Assembly: GCA_038078735.1 (NCBI GenBank) | Contig: JBBTTI010000029.1 | Coordinates: 1-59,911 of the forward strand | Source of the DNA: Patescibacteria group bacterium | Lineage (GTDB): Bacteria; Patescibacteriota; Minisyncoccia; Minisyncoccales; CAZWNE01 | Reading direction: 5' to 3' | Length of the DNA: 59,911 nucleotides | Shown: in pieces, positions 1 through 10,287 of the stretch | Layout of the letters: each line of letters begins with the position of its first letter | Numbering within the stretch: the stretch's first letter is position 1 | Position numbers and translations under genes: made by a program | Notes under the pieces: generated by a model | What the model saw: the letters and a program-made list of their open reading frames with translations, nothing else | What the model was told of the DNA's origin: nothing | Databases searched by the model: none

Positions 1-633
1 GGCCTTAAGACGGGCAATGGCCATAGTAATTTTCTTTGTGACAAAAGTCGGGCCTCTTCGCGGGCTTTCGTGATTGAATAATATTCCGTTACAGGCAAAA
101 ATTCCATAAGCCTCCCGATAAAACCTTGTTATGTCATAGGAAAAAACCTTAGCGCAGGCGTAAGGACTTCTTGGATGAAAAACCGTATTTTCGTTTTGCG
201 GGGGAAGAGACGATCCGAACATTTCCGATGAAGCCGCCATATAAAATTTTATCGGCAAACCGGAATTTTTAATCGCTTCTAAAATCCGCAAAGTTCCCAG
301 GGCATCGGTGTTAACGGTATATTCCGGCATATCAAAAGAAACCTTGACGTGGGACATAGCGGCTAAGTGGTACACTTCATCCGGCTTGATCTGATTAATT
401 AATTTTTCAATATTGCCCGAATCGGTCATATCGCCGTAATGTCTGAACAGCCTGACGCCGCTAAGATGAGGATCTTGGTAAATATGCTCTATCCTTTGAG
501 TGGTAAAAACGCTATCCCACCTGATCATCCCGTGAACTTCATAACCCTTGCTCAATAAAAATTCCGACAAATATGATCCGTCTTGGCCGGCTATTCCCGT
601 GATAAGCGCTTTTTTAATTTTTGTTTCTTCCAT
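1..633 (-). CDS. gmd: GDP-mannose 4,6-dehydratase; C-terminus cut by the window edge
   Basis: Hand translation from ATG at 633: [35 protein letters not shown]...[13 protein letters not shown]...[10 protein letters not shown]...[12 protein letters not shown]...FVTKKIT. Shows the Rossmann GxxGxxG and the YxxxK and NHESP signatures of Gmd. Open to position 1, so absent from the ORF track. Confidence 0.85.
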   Translation of the reverse strand, partial: MEETKIKKALITGIAGQDGSYLSEFLLSKGYEVHGMIRWDSVFTTQRIEHIYQDPHLSGVRLFRHYGDMTDSGNIEKLINQIKPDEVYHLAAMSHVKVSFDMPEYTVNTDALGTLRILEAIKNSGLPIKFYMAASSEMFGSSLPPQNENTVFHPRSPYACAKVFSYDITRFYREAYGIFACNGILFNHESPRRGPTFVTKKITMAIARLKA

Positions 634-1360
634 AATTTAAAATTAAATTTATAGCTGAACTCTTGAAATATTTATTTAAAATTTTGGCATTCGGGATAAT
701 ACAATGGCCGGTTATCTCATCTTTCGGCGGGTAAAGGACCGGCCTGATAACATTTTTCTTGCCCAATTTTGCATACCCTTCGTTATATGTCCGGTTAAAA
801 TCAGTAACCGCTTCTTCAAAATTAATTCCGAATTTATCGCATATTTTTTTCATCTCTCCGTGCCAAGCGATTACTACGCCGTAATAACTTGTGTCTAATA
901 TTTTTCCGATTTCAGTGGTTGTTGAAGGATAAAATACTTTTGTTTTAATCCCTAATCCTTCCAAATGTTTTTTTGCCATCTCCCCGGCTTTCTTGTTATC
1001 GGCGCCGATGTATTTTACAAAAGTCTTAACTCCTTCGAAAAGATTGGGATGGACTCCCCTAACCGGACTATGGACTACTGAGAAACTCAGTTTCTCGGCT
1101 AGGAAACTGAGTTTCCTGGTAGTCCCCGGCGGCACGGTGGAATGAATTATGGCCAATTTGGGCTTTATTCTTTTAATCTCTTTTTTAACTATTCCAATAA
1201 ATTTATCGCTCCAAGGAAGGCAAACATGCAAAATTTCCACGCCCTCTAATCCGTCATCTCTTTTCATGTCCTTAATCAAAGGATTCTTATAAAATTTAGC
1301 GACTGCCTGCCCGACCTCTCCATATCCCAATATGCCTATTTTGTTTTTATGCTTGAGCAT
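614..1360 (-). CDS. compact NAD-binding nucleotide-sugar dehydrogenase-like protein
   Basis: N-terminal [13 protein letters not shown] Rossmann motif. TGHCIIPN resembles the catalytic-Cys GGxCxxKD motif of UDP-glucose/GDP-mannose dehydrogenases. Sits in a sugar-nucleotide cluster. Confidence 0.45.
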   Translation of the reverse strand: MLKHKNKIGILGYGEVGQAVAKFYKNPLIKDMKRDDGLEGVEILHVCLPWSDKFIGIVKKEIKRIKPKLAIIHSTVPPGTTRKLSFLAEKLSFSVVHSPVRGVHPNLFEGVKTFVKYIGADNKKAGEMAKKHLEGLGIKTKVFYPSTTTEIGKILDTSYYGVVIAWHGEMKKICDKFGINFEEAVTDFNRTYNEGYAKLGKKNVIRPVLYPPKDEITGHCIIPNAKILNKYFKSSAINLILNYGRNKN

Positions 1361-1832
1361 TTTTATTTTTTATAAATTTTTCTAATAACCAAGAACTTGA
1401 TTGAATTTTACCGCCCTCGCCGATATTAAAAACCATTTTGCAGTTTATCGCCTGGCAAACTGGCACTTCGGGAATATTGCTCCTAACCCTATCACCGCCG
1501 TTGGCAAAAATGTTCGGCTTTAATTTTTTAAGTTCGGCGCAGACGCTCATATCTTTTGGATTAGGACAATGCCCCGTAAAAACAACCTTGTCAACCCATT
1601 TCAATGATTCAATAATTTCCTTGCGTTCACTCTGCGGAATAAATACAAAGCCCTTTTTTTGCTTTAACCAATTATCATTATTCAAAATAACAACCAACTT
1701 GTCGCCAAGTCCCTTGGCTTTTTCAAACAATCGGACATGACCAATATGAATCGGATCAAATCCGCCGCTTACCGCCACGACAATTCTACCACCTCTCAAT
1801 GGTTTTTCTGGCTTTTTGCCGGACTTTATCAT
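1347..1832 (-). CDS. cytidylyl/adenylyltransferase-fold protein (RfaE domain II-like)
   Basis: VAVSGGFDPIHIGHVRLF matches the (H/T)xGH nucleotidyltransferase motif. Size is about 160 aa. Confidence 0.6.
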   Translation of the reverse strand: MIKSGKKPEKPLRGGRIVVAVSGGFDPIHIGHVRLFEKAKGLGDKLVVILNNDNWLKQKKGFVFIPQSERKEIIESLKWVDKVVFTGHCPNPKDMSVCAELKKLKPNIFANGGDRVRSNIPEVPVCQAINCKMVFNIGEGGKIQSSSWLLEKFIKNKNAQA

Positions 1833-2031
1833 ATATTTTATAAACTTTTGATTCTACTTCCGGAGATACCAATCTTAAAATCTCACTACCCCAAATCCGG
1901 TAAGTGCCGCCGACCTTATAGGCCTTGATGATTCCTCCTTTCAAAAATCGCTTAACCGTACTTTCGGAGACCTTTAAAAAATCCCGAGCTTCCTCGGTGG
2001 TATAAACTTCTTTAGGATTAATTTCTGTCAT
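1786..2031 (-). CDS. excisionase/MerR-type helix-turn-helix DNA-binding protein
   Basis: TTEEARDFLKVSESTVKRFLKGGIIKAYKVGGTYRI is a typical excisionase-family HTH. The ORF track starts at GTG 2049. ATG 2031 is preferred because a TTGACA-17-TATGAT promoter ends 6 nt upstream. Confidence 0.6.
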   Translation of the reverse strand: MTEINPKEVYTTEEARDFLKVSESTVKRFLKGGIIKAYKVGGTYRIWGSEILRLVSPEVESKVYKIYDKVRQKARKTIERW

Positions 2032-2037
2032 ACTTCC

Positions 2038-2066
2038 ATCATAAGACACCCGAGAGCGGGTGTCAA
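2038..2066 (-). promoter_or_regulatory. sigma70-like promoter with a dyad in the spacer
   Basis: Minus strand reads TTGACA (2066-2061), a 17-nt spacer, then TATGAT (2043-2038). The 8-bp dyad gacacccg-agag-cgggtgtc (2045-2064) overlaps the -35 and spacer. Confidence 0.45.
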
Positions 2067-2089
2067 GAGGTGTCAGGATGGGTTATTAT

Positions 2090-2488
2090 TTATTTTCCTA
2101 AAAGCTTATTAAGCTTAGCTCGAGTGCTGGATCCGACAATGCCCGTTCCTTCAGTCAATCCCGATGGAACCAAAATTTCAGATCTATATTTTTCCTGGAA
2201 TCTGACTACTGCTCCTTTAGTCATAAAGCCGAATTTTGTCGTTTCTTTGCCAATAGAACCGGGACCGGAATCAGCTACTTTAGTGACAGAATTAGAATTT
2301 AAAACAATTTGCAGATATTTTACTTCATTAGAAGTCATCTCAGACTTTAAGAGAGTTTTGAAGGTAAAGTTAGCTGGTATGCCGGTAAATTTTTCTCCTG
2401 AAACCATTTTAGCCAGTTCAGCTTGAAGCTGGGCGATTAAGGCAATGATTCTAACAATTTCGGCCTGCAACTCGGTCGCCGTCATTTT
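2090..2488 (-). repeat. copy A of the duplicated anchor-module DNA (partner 4550-4948)
   Basis: Offset is 2460 bp. 2164-2460 is identical to 4624-4920 (297 bp), with one mismatch up to 2487. Only about 75-80% identity in 2090-2163. Confidence 0.9.
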
Positions 2489-3382
2489 AATAACTGGTTT
2501 AACAATTGGAACTTTTTCTACTACTGGAACTTTTTCTACTGGCGCCTTAACTAAAGTCAAAGTGGCAAAGGTCTTATCAATCAAAGAACTAACATCGCCT
2601 GAGCTATTTTGGGCTTTTATCTGATAGTGATAAGTAGTTGAAGCTGAAAGATTAGTCAGATTTAGAGAATGGGAAGTGGCTGAGGTCGCCGTTTTAATTT
2701 CTGATCCATAAGCAGTGGTTGTTCCATACAAGAGCCATGAAATGGATGATTTATCAGTTTTCCAAGAGATTGTCGTAGAAGTGTTTCCGGCCAAAGTGGT
2801 GATTTGGTTAATTATTGGTGGAGTAGTGTCTCTGGGAGTGTAAGAGTAACTTGGACTAACGGCGGAAGGAGGAATTATTATGGTAAATGTTCTGCTCGAG
2901 AATCCACCAGTGTAATCAAAAGTTACTAAACCTTCGGAGCTAGAATAATAATCCCTTAAATTAACCCCATCCACTTTTATCGTATAATAGGTATTAATTG
3001 CTGAAACCCCAATGCTAAAACTCACAGTAGCGGCGGCAACACTTGAGCTCGCCGTCCACTGGCTGACATAACCGGTAGTAAAATAGCTTGTATCAAAGGC
3101 CAAACTGACAGTGCCGCCAGATGGAGTCAATGCTAAAGCAGTATAACCTGTTGTCTTTAAGGTAAAAGTGTCACCAGAGGGAACATCAGCAAGCAAAGTA
3201 GACCCAGAAGTAATCAAAGAATCAGAAACTGAACCAGACTTAATATAAACAGTTGAAGGTACGCTTGTAAAATCTAATTGAACATCGGAGGTAAATGTAA
3301 TATTGGCGGCCTGGGCTTGACTAAAGACAATGAAACTCAAAATCAAAACCCAAAAACTAATTTTAGAGAATCTGGTTTTCAT
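2090..3382 (-). CDS. secreted Fn3-domain protein with C-terminal coiled-coil plus peptidoglycan-binding (PG_binding_1-like) anchor
   Basis: Signal peptide MKTRFSKISFWVLILSFIVFSQAQA. Fn3-like segment TTISWKTDKSS...TTYHYQIKAQNSSG. C-terminal EVKYLQIVLN...TKFGFMTKGAVVRFQEKY is PG-binding-like. Confidence 0.7.
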   Translation of the reverse strand: MKTRFSKISFWVLILSFIVFSQAQAANITFTSDVQLDFTSVPSTVYIKSGSVSDSLITSGSTLLADVPSGDTFTLKTTGYTALALTPSGGTVSLAFDTSYFTTGYVSQWTASSSVAAATVSFSIGVSAINTYYTIKVDGVNLRDYYSSSEGLVTFDYTGGFSSRTFTIIIPPSAVSPSYSYTPRDTTPPIINQITTLAGNTSTTISWKTDKSSISWLLYGTTTAYGSEIKTATSATSHSLNLTNLSASTTYHYQIKAQNSSGDVSSLIDKTFATLTLVKAPVEKVPVVEKVPIVKPVIKMTATELQAEIVRIIALIAQLQAELAKMVSGEKFTGIPANFTFKTLLKSEMTSNEVKYLQIVLNSNSVTKVADSGPGSIGKETTKFGFMTKGAVVRFQEKYRSEILVPSGLTEGTGIVGSSTRAKLNKLLGK

Positions 3383-3400
3383 AAATTTTAACTAATCAGT

Positions 3401-4504
3401 TTAATGTTTCCAGATATCAATTCGCCAATCTTGGGCAGCCGGATCCTTAGCGCTAACATAGTCCGCATTACAAACTCGAATTGCTACCACATCAGTTGTA
3501 GAAGCATAACCGCTCCATGTAAGAGCCAAAGTCTCAATACCACTGGCAACTGGTTTCGGAGTAGCTATTACCGTGTCTCCTGTCGCAACTCCCGTAATTG
3601 TGGTAGTGGAGTAACTAAGACAAGCGGCAGTGGAAGTTCCAACAGAGGGTATATCAACACCAACAAGAGTTTGGGAAATGTGTTTTGAAATAGCATTTCC
3701 CCCACCAAATATCACATTACCAGTGAAGGCAGTTGTTGTAGCAAAGGTAGTGCTGGCATTAACAGTCAGATTGTCAGAAGCAGCGTCGCCTAGAGTAAGG
3801 TTGGTGCCGGTAAAATTGATCGTCCCATCAGCAGTAATATTGCCAATAGCAGTCATATTGCCAGTGACACCGATGCCCCAATCAGAGGAATTAATAATTA
3901 CTGTGTCGCCGGCATCGCCTATGGTAACAATTCCATTGAAGGTGGTCGTGCTGGCAAAGGTGGTGGTGGCATTAACCGTCAGGGTATCAGAACTGGCATC
4001 GCCCAGGGTAATATTATTGTTAGCGTTTAAAATGCCACTAAAGGCAGTTGTTGTAGCAAAGGTAGTGCTGGCATTAACAGTCAGATTGTCAGAAGCAGCG
4101 TCGCCTAGAGTAAGGTTGGTGCCGGTAAAATTGATCGTCCCATCAGCAGTAATATTGCCAATAGCAGTCATATTGCCAGTGACACCGATGCCCCAATCAG
4201 AGGAATTAATAATTACTGTGTCGCCGGCATCGCCTATGGTAACAATTCCATTGAAGGTGGTCGTGCTGGCAAAGGTGGTGGTGGCATTAACCGTCAGGGT
4301 ATCAGAACTGGCATCGCCCAGGGTAATACTGCCATTAGCATATAAAGTCCCGGTGGTGCTGGCGTTTCCGGAAACAGTCAAATCAGCTGTACTGACATTT
4401 GTTCCTATGGTAGTACCATAAACAAAATAAACCCAGCCGAGGACAAGAATTAAAGAAATAAAAATAGCAGTCAGGCCTGGATATAAATATTTTTTATCTT
4501 TCAT
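3401..4504 (-). CDS. membrane-anchored Thr/Gly/Asn-rich repeat surface protein
   Basis: N-terminal TM segment LTAIFISLILVLGWVYFVY. A 105-aa unit (TLGDASSDTLTVNATTTF...NLTVNASTTFATTTAF) occurs twice in tandem. Confidence 0.6.
   Translation of the reverse strand: MKDKKYLYPGLTAIFISLILVLGWVYFVYGTTIGTNVSTADLTVSGNASTTGTLYANGSITLGDASSDTLTVNATTTFASTTTFNGIVTIGDAGDTVIINSSDWGIGVTGNMTAIGNITADGTINFTGTNLTLGDAASDNLTVNASTTFATTTAFSGILNANNNITLGDASSDTLTVNATTTFASTTTFNGIVTIGDAGDTVIINSSDWGIGVTGNMTAIGNITADGTINFTGTNLTLGDAASDNLTVNASTTFATTTAFTGNVIFGGGNAISKHISQTLVGVDIPSVGTSTAACLSYSTTTITGVATGDTVIATPKPVASGIETLALTWSGYASTTDVVAIRVCNADYVSAKDPAAQDWRIDIWKH
3726..4328. repeat. 315-bp tandem duplication inside the CDS
   Basis: aaggcagttgttgtagcaaagg starts at both 3726 and 4041 (period 315 = 105 codons). 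About 288 bp look identical between 3726-4013 and 4041-4328. Confidence 0.9.
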
Positions 4505-4549
4505 ATTGCGAATATTTACGGATGTTATTTAATTCGACTTTTCTAATCA

Positions 4550-4948
4550 CTATTTTCCTAATAATTTATTAAGTTTAGCCCGAGTAGCCGAGCCGACAAT
4601 TCCTGTTCCTTCGGTTAGTTTTGAAGGAGTTAAGATTTCAGACCTATATTTTTCCTGGAATCTGACTACTGCTCCTTTAGTCATAAAGCCGAATTTTGTC
4701 GTTTCTTTGCCAATAGAACCGGGACCGGAATCAGCTACTTTAGTGACAGAATTAGAATTTAAAACAATTTGCAGATATTTTACTTCATTAGAAGTCATCT
4801 CAGACTTTAAGAGAGTTTTGAAGGTAAAGTTAGCTGGTATGCCGGTAAATTTTTCTCCTGAAACCATTTTAGCCAGTTCAGCTTGAAGCTGGGCGATTAA
4901 GGCAATGATTCTAACAATTTCTGCCTGCAACTCGGTCGCCGTCATTTG
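4550..4948 (-). repeat. copy B of the duplicated anchor-module DNA (partner 2090-2488)
   Basis: See copy A. Sequence diverges completely upstream of 4948/2488. Confidence 0.9.
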
Positions 4949-7900
4949 ACTAATTGGCTTTACTACAGCTGGCGTAGTAGTAGCAATCGCTGGCGTAGTG
5001 GGCGCTATAATCCCCGTCTCGCCCATAATGGCGAAATAAGTAAAGTGGGTAGTATTTGCGGTTAAAGTATTGCTGGCCGTGTTAACAGTGGTTGTTAAAG
5101 CTGTCCATTGAGAAGTAGTAGTATTCCAGTAATAAACTTTCAAAGTTGATTCGTTAAGACCGGTAATTTGGCTGTCGGCATAAATAAAGGTTAGGGTAAC
5201 AGCTGTACTGAAAGTGCTTACCGTAGCTCCTGCGGCTGTTTGGGCAGTATAATTATAGACATTGCTGCCGACAATAGTTTTCCCAGTCGGAGCTGAAGCG
5301 ACAGCCGCGGAAACCGCTGTGGCTGTTTTGGCCACAGGAGTGATAGCGACGGTCGTATTAGCTGAAACGGCATTTATTGGCAATTCAACAGCGGCCTTAA
5401 TATTTTCAGCAGTGGTAATTGTTGTTTTACCGCCGGAGCCAGCCGTGGCTGTTACCTGGCCGGTAACAGTAATTGGCATTGCCGGAGTTGTTGGCGGAAC
5501 ATAAGTATAACTGCTACCAGCTGACGGTCCGGCTGACTCGGCAGCCGAATTTGAAACTGCGTCGGTGGAAGTTGATTCGTCGTTATCAGCGTTAAGAGCG
5601 GAAATCTTATAATAATAAATCGTGCCGTTAGTCAAACCGGTGTTGGTGTAAGTAATGGCTGTTGTCTGGCTAATATAAGGATAATCGCTACCGCTCTTTC
5701 TATAGATGTAGTATTTGGTCGCTCCAGAAGAAGCGCTCCAACTCAAAGCAATCTGGCCGTTGCCGGCTGTAGCCGTCAATCCGGTGGGAGTATTTGGCGG
5801 AGTAGCGCCAGAAGACACCAAGGGCGCATAATCAGACAAGTGGTTGGTTGTGCCTGTATAAGTTACCCCGCCATCAGAAGTAGTGGCGGCATTAGTGGAA
5901 ATAGTTGTCCAGGTATTGGCCGTGGAATCCCAATAACCCAAACTCAATAATGATGATGAAGCCTGAGAAATACCGGCGGTTGCCAGTTCGGCGGCAGTGT
6001 AAGTCAGGGTAATAGTGATAGAGTCGTTTAACACTGTGATGGCTGTTCCTGAAGAATTAGCCACTGTAATACTGTAAGCAGCGCCGCCTAAGGGCTTGAC
6101 TCCGTTGGTTTGAGGAACGCTGGTGGTTTTTTGAACGCTCATTCTTCCGGTCTCGGAGTCCTGCGAAGACAGAGCGCCGGCTGGAGCGTCAATACTAAAT
6201 CCGCTTCCCTTAACTACGCCTCCTGTCTTAGGAACGATTGATTCCACTGTCGGCGTGGCCACGGTATAACCAGACATTGCCGAAAGGGAGAGATTAAGAG
6301 TAGTTGTGCCGCTGCTGATGGTAACGCTTTGGGGAGACGACTCATAACCTTCAGAAACAGCTTTTACCTGCCAAGTCCCGGCTGTCACATTAAGAGTATA
6401 ACTGCCATTACCATCGCTTTCACCGCCGGTCCAGCCGCCAGCGCCGTTAGTCCCCCAAACCCAGGCGCCTGATTCAGCCACGCTGCTGATAGAAACCGTG
6501 CCGCTAATAGCCAATCCGGCCGAAGAAAGAGTTAAACCGGTGATTGAAGCGTCAGCGGTAATTGATTGGTTAGATAAGATATTGCCGGTATAGCCTTTTT
6601 TATCAACGCCGAAGTCATAGGTGCCTTGTTTTAAGGTAAAAGAGAAAGTGCCCGAAGCATTTACCTGACCTCCGCCATGGCCGGCCGAACCGGCTGCCCA
6701 AACAAAAGCGCTTTCAGCGTTAGAAATTGTTCCTGAAATCTGATAAACGCTACCTAATACAATATTAATGGTCGTTGATGCCGTTGTAGAAGCAATGGCA
6801 GTGGTGGTGGCAGTTAAAGGACCAAACCCGGGAATTCCGCCCTGAATTGTATAAGTCCAAATTTCATTATTAGTTGGTTTGGGCACCTCAATTGAATACT
6901 GGCGATAACTGCTGGTGGCGCCGGTGTCTTTATCGGTAAATCCTCTTTCTTTAGTGCTAGTGGTGTTAAGAATTTCAACAAAGGCCTGAGAAAAAGCGCT
7001 TACCGGAGAAATCCGGACATTAACAGTGGCGGTATTAATAGTAATATTATTTGTGCTAGTAGACTGGCTGCTGCTAAAAGTTGACAAGCTAATACGATAA
7101 ATTTCTCCTTTACCCGGCTGAGCGGCGTGAAGCCAATAACCGGCGGCATAAGGAACTTTTAGAGAATAGGTGCCATCGCTGCCGGTTCTCGTCCCGTTAA
7201 TTCCATTGCCATTTTCGCCGACTGTTACCCAAACATCAATGTCAGCCGTGGCAGCGCTGTTTTTAGTTACTGTTCCGGAAATAGTCGCTAAATCCGAAGA
7301 AACGCTGAAATCCACCGAAGGACAGGAGACGGGGGTAGTGGCATGGCAATCGTCAGCCACAGAGACTCCGGTTCTAGCGGTCAACTTGCCAAATTGCGGC
7401 GCAAATCCTTCAACCGTATAAGTGCCGGGCGCAACATATAACTTATAAACGCCTGAACTATTGGTAATGGCTTGCCCTCCGCCCGGACTTCCGGATTTCC
7501 AAGCAAAAACCGAAGTCCCGGAAATGGCGCTGCCGTTGTTGTCGGTAACCGTGCCGGAAATATATTCTTCCGGCGCCTTAATAATCAAAGTGATGTCAGT
7601 AGTGGCGTTAGTCAAAGCAAAGTTGGCATTTCCCGATACAACTTCAATTTGTTTTTCTACCGGAGAAGGCAGGTCAGGCCCGCCCACACCGACAATATAA
7701 GTTCCCGGATTGACATAAATATCAAATTCGCCATTGGCGTTTGGCATAGCCGAAGCGCTAAAACCGTTAGCTACCGGCTGATAGGCCCAAATATGGAAGG
7801 CATCCATTCCCGGTCCGACATTAAAACTCGTACCCCCGCCCTTTTCAATCTTTCCATGAATTCTAGCCGTGGCTGTTTGAAAAGCAAAATTAACCGTGGT

Positions 7901-10231
7901 AGTGGCAGTGGTTGAGGCGTTAACTATCACCGAAGAAGGCCCGATTATCGGACTGGAAGAAGCAGTGTTGCCAAAGCCCGGATCTTGCACGCCAATCATA
8001 TATGTGCCGGTAGCTGATAGTCCAACAGCGTAACTTGTCGTGCCGTTGGCATTAGTTACAACAAAAATCGGCTGCTTCCATTCGGTTGTTCCTTCCAAAG
8101 GATTAAACCAAACAACAATCGTTCGATTAGCCGAAGCGCCGCTGATTGTTCCAATAATCCTGGCAACGGAAGTGGCTAAAGTAAAAACGGTAGTGGTGGC
8201 GGTATTCAATTCCGCGCCTCGGGAGGAAACATGAATGCCTGAACTGTCAAAAGCCCAAACAAAACCAGATGAAGAAATATTAGGAATGCTTGTCGTGCCA
8301 TTGCTGTAAGTTGTGGTGTTATTGTCTCCAACATAATAAAGTTGCGGCCCGCCCATTGAACCGACAACTATTCTGGCTGTGCCAGTGCTGATGACAGTAT
8401 TAGTATTGGCTTCCAGAACCTTAAAGTTAGCGTTAGCTAAAGTGTTAAAGAAAGCGTTTTGAGAAAACTCGCTTTCAGTCCCGTCATTAGTGATGACAAA
8501 AATGGGTCCGGTTTTAGCTCCGGAAGGAATAGTTACTCGGATTGAGGTTGCGGCCCAGGAATTAATTGTTGCCAGGACTGGCGCCGGCGGCGGTCCAGCA
8601 ATCGGCGGTCCGGAAGAAAAATAAACCGTACCGGTAGCCGTGCCAAAACCGGTGCCGGTAATTGTCGTTGTCACGCCAGCTATTCCGTTGTTTGGACTAA
8701 CTAAAGTAATGGTTGGTCCGCTAACCACTGTGCCTGACCAGCTATTTGAGGCGGTATCAATTGCAGTGCCGACAACGCTTTTAATATTAGAACCTGCGGC
8801 AATCGTAAAAGTATTACCGCTGGTTAAAGATACCCCCTTAATATATGCTTTGTTGCCTCTAAATTCAGTCCAGGCAGTAGTCAAAGAAATGGCTGTGCCA
8901 ATCGGCGACTGGAGGGTGTAATTAGTAGAAACCATGGCTGACCCATCCAAAAAACTGTCAAAATTGATAATGACTGATTTACTGGTGGCAACGGCTGAAG
9001 TAATTGTCGGCTTAATAGTTAGAGAAGTAGTGGCAAGGGGCGCCCAAGTTCCGATTTGCACACTTAAGACACCTGTCATAACGCCGGGCGGAGTGGTGGA
9101 AGTAGCAATGCGGACGGAAATAGAAGTGGAAGACCAGGATTGAATATTATTACCGGCATTAATATTGCTATTGGGAAGAAAAACATTACCTTGGGCTGTG
9201 GTCGTGCCATTACCAATACCAAAATAAGAGCCGGCGATGGTGATGGTCGCTCCAATATTGGTTGAAGCCGGGGTAACGCTGGTAATAACCGGATTAACCG
9301 TTAGAGTAAAATTGATATTTGAAAAACCGCTGCTGGCTAAATTATAGCCGGGACCGCTATTATTTAAGGTCTGATAGGGTTCTGTGCCAACATTATATTG
9401 AGTAGTGGTACCATTAGAATCCCTAAAAGCAAAAAGGGAATAATTATACCCGGCATCGCTTGTGCCAAGAAGATGAATTTGATAACTCCCTGTTGCGTTC
9501 TGTGAATATTGGGCAATAGTGGCTGGGGTAGTGCTGCTAACAATTAAATAAACTGTTCCCGAAGCATTAGCGTTTAACTGAGAAAAAGTGCCTGAAATAG
9601 AATAACCATTATAAACGCCTGGCGTGCCTTTTTCCGGAGCTCCCGCATCCCAATTAGTGGCGAAAACGGCGCTGTGCCAATCAGTCGTGCTGGTGCCTGT
9701 TCCCACTGTCCAGTCCCTGGCCATTGAACTGGTAGCTACCCCTATTGCTCCTGCTGGCCAGGCAGTGGTTGAAGAAGCCGGGGTTTCGTCAATAATAATT
9801 CCCAAATTATCTTTTAAAACAATGGCTCCGTTCAGCAGATAACTATCAAGTAAATTAATAGTATCTGTGGCCATCTGAACAGTAACCGAATTTAAAATAC
9901 TTGAAAAACCGCTGGTTGCATTGCTAATTAAAAAATAACCGCTGGCCGGAATAGTGGTAGTGGAAGCACCCGTGCTTGTGGAAATTGTCAAGCTGCTGGT
10001 TGCCCCGGGGATAGTATTGTTCACATCTTGAATTGTCCAACCATTCAAATCAATCGGAGAAGTGGAAGCGTTTCTTAATTCAATCCACTCATCGGTATTA
10101 GAAGCGGTTGAGCCGCCCCACATTACTTCATTAATAAGAATATCTCTAAGAGCCGCAGCTTGAGTTTTTTGAGCCAGCAATAAAAAAATAAAAATTAAAC
10201 CAAAACACAAAAAAACTTTTTTGAAAGACAT
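4550..10231 (-). CDS. giant (1893 aa) secreted adhesin-like protein: lamin-tail domain, IPT/TIG-like, CarboxypepD_reg-like and Fn3 modules, C-terminal PG-binding anchor
   Basis: Signal peptide ending AQKTQA. LTD: ILINEVMWGGSTASNTDEWIELRNASTSPIDLNGWTI. TIG-like: ITSVTPASTNIGATITIAGSYFG. Reg-like: ISGTVTDNNGSAISGTSVFAW. Fn3: LTATAGNGQIALSWSASSGATKYYIYR. The last 130 aa or so match the ORF at 2090. Confidence 0.8.
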   Translation of the reverse strand: MSFKKVFLCFGLIFIFLLLAQKTQAAALRDILINEVMWGGSTASNTDEWIELRNASTSPIDLNGWTIQDVNNTIPGATSSLTISTSTGASTTTIPASGYFLISNATSGFSSILNSVTVQMATDTINLLDSYLLNGAIVLKDNLGIIIDETPASSTTAWPAGAIGVATSSMARDWTVGTGTSTTDWHSAVFATNWDAGAPEKGTPGVYNGYSISGTFSQLNANASGTVYLIVSSTTPATIAQYSQNATGSYQIHLLGTSDAGYNYSLFAFRDSNGTTTQYNVGTEPYQTLNNSGPGYNLASSGFSNINFTLTVNPVITSVTPASTNIGATITIAGSYFGIGNGTTTAQGNVFLPNSNINAGNNIQSWSSTSISVRIATSTTPPGVMTGVLSVQIGTWAPLATTSLTIKPTITSAVATSKSVIINFDSFLDGSAMVSTNYTLQSPIGTAISLTTAWTEFRGNKAYIKGVSLTSGNTFTIAAGSNIKSVVGTAIDTASNSWSGTVVSGPTITLVSPNNGIAGVTTTITGTGFGTATGTVYFSSGPPIAGPPPAPVLATINSWAATSIRVTIPSGAKTGPIFVITNDGTESEFSQNAFFNTLANANFKVLEANTNTVISTGTARIVVGSMGGPQLYYVGDNNTTTYSNGTTSIPNISSSGFVWAFDSSGIHVSSRGAELNTATTTVFTLATSVARIIGTISGASANRTIVVWFNPLEGTTEWKQPIFVVTNANGTTSYAVGLSATGTYMIGVQDPGFGNTASSSPIIGPSSVIVNASTTATTTVNFAFQTATARIHGKIEKGGGTSFNVGPGMDAFHIWAYQPVANGFSASAMPNANGEFDIYVNPGTYIVGVGGPDLPSPVEKQIEVVSGNANFALTNATTDITLIIKAPEEYISGTVTDNNGSAISGTSVFAWKSGSPGGGQAITNSSGVYKLYVAPGTYTVEGFAPQFGKLTARTGVSVADDCHATTPVSCPSVDFSVSSDLATISGTVTKNSAATADIDVWVTVGENGNGINGTRTGSDGTYSLKVPYAAGYWLHAAQPGKGEIYRISLSTFSSSQSTSTNNITINTATVNVRISPVSAFSQAFVEILNTTSTKERGFTDKDTGATSSYRQYSIEVPKPTNNEIWTYTIQGGIPGFGPLTATTTAIASTTASTTINIVLGSVYQISGTISNAESAFVWAAGSAGHGGGQVNASGTFSFTLKQGTYDFGVDKKGYTGNILSNQSITADASITGLTLSSAGLAISGTVSISSVAESGAWVWGTNGAGGWTGGESDGNGSYTLNVTAGTWQVKAVSEGYESSPQSVTISSGTTTLNLSLSAMSGYTVATPTVESIVPKTGGVVKGSGFSIDAPAGALSSQDSETGRMSVQKTTSVPQTNGVKPLGGAAYSITVANSSGTAITVLNDSITITLTYTAAELATAGISQASSSLLSLGYWDSTANTWTTISTNAATTSDGGVTYTGTTNHLSDYAPLVSSGATPPNTPTGLTATAGNGQIALSWSASSGATKYYIYRKSGSDYPYISQTTAITYTNTGLTNGTIYYYKISALNADNDESTSTDAVSNSAAESAGPSAGSSYTYVPPTTPAMPITVTGQVTATAGSGGKTTITTAENIKAAVELPINAVSANTTVAITPVAKTATAVSAAVASAPTGKTIVGSNVYNYTAQTAAGATVSTFSTAVTLTFIYADSQITGLNESTLKVYYWNTTTSQWTALTTTVNTASNTLTANTTHFTYFAIMGETGIIAPTTPAIATTTPAVVKPISQMTATELQAEIVRIIALIAQLQAELAKMVSGEKFTGIPANFTFKTLLKSEMTSNEVKYLQIVLNSNSVTKVADSGPGSIGKETTKFGFMTKGAVVRFQEKYRSEILTPSKLTEGTGIVGSATRAKLNKLLGK

Positions 10232-10240
10232 ATTATTATT

Positions 10241-10286
10241 ATTTTATTTCTTTCGTCAAAGCGTGTCAAGAAAAAAGTTATCCACA
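10241..10286 (-). promoter_or_regulatory. promoter of the giant adhesin gene with an adjacent DnaA-box-like 9-mer
   Basis: Minus strand: TTGACA (10269-10264), 17 nt, TAAAAT (10246-10241), 9 nt, ATG 10231. ttatccaca lies at 10278-10286, 8 nt beyond the -35. Confidence 0.55.
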
Positions 10287-10287
10287 A

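Noticed and set aside
3726-4328. Possible CRISPR array or other spacer-repeat structure
   Set aside because: The repeat unit is 315 bp, coding, and contiguous without spacers. No short direct repeats with unique spacers and no cas genes occur anywhere in the window.
3630-4421. 263-aa plus-strand ORF, plus many other 60-150 aa plus-strand ORFs inside 4550-17302
   Set aside because: They are antisense shadows of long, compositionally biased (Thr/Gly/Ala/Val-rich) minus-strand genes. The 3630 ORF simply mirrors the 315-bp tandem repeat. None has start context or recognisable motifs.
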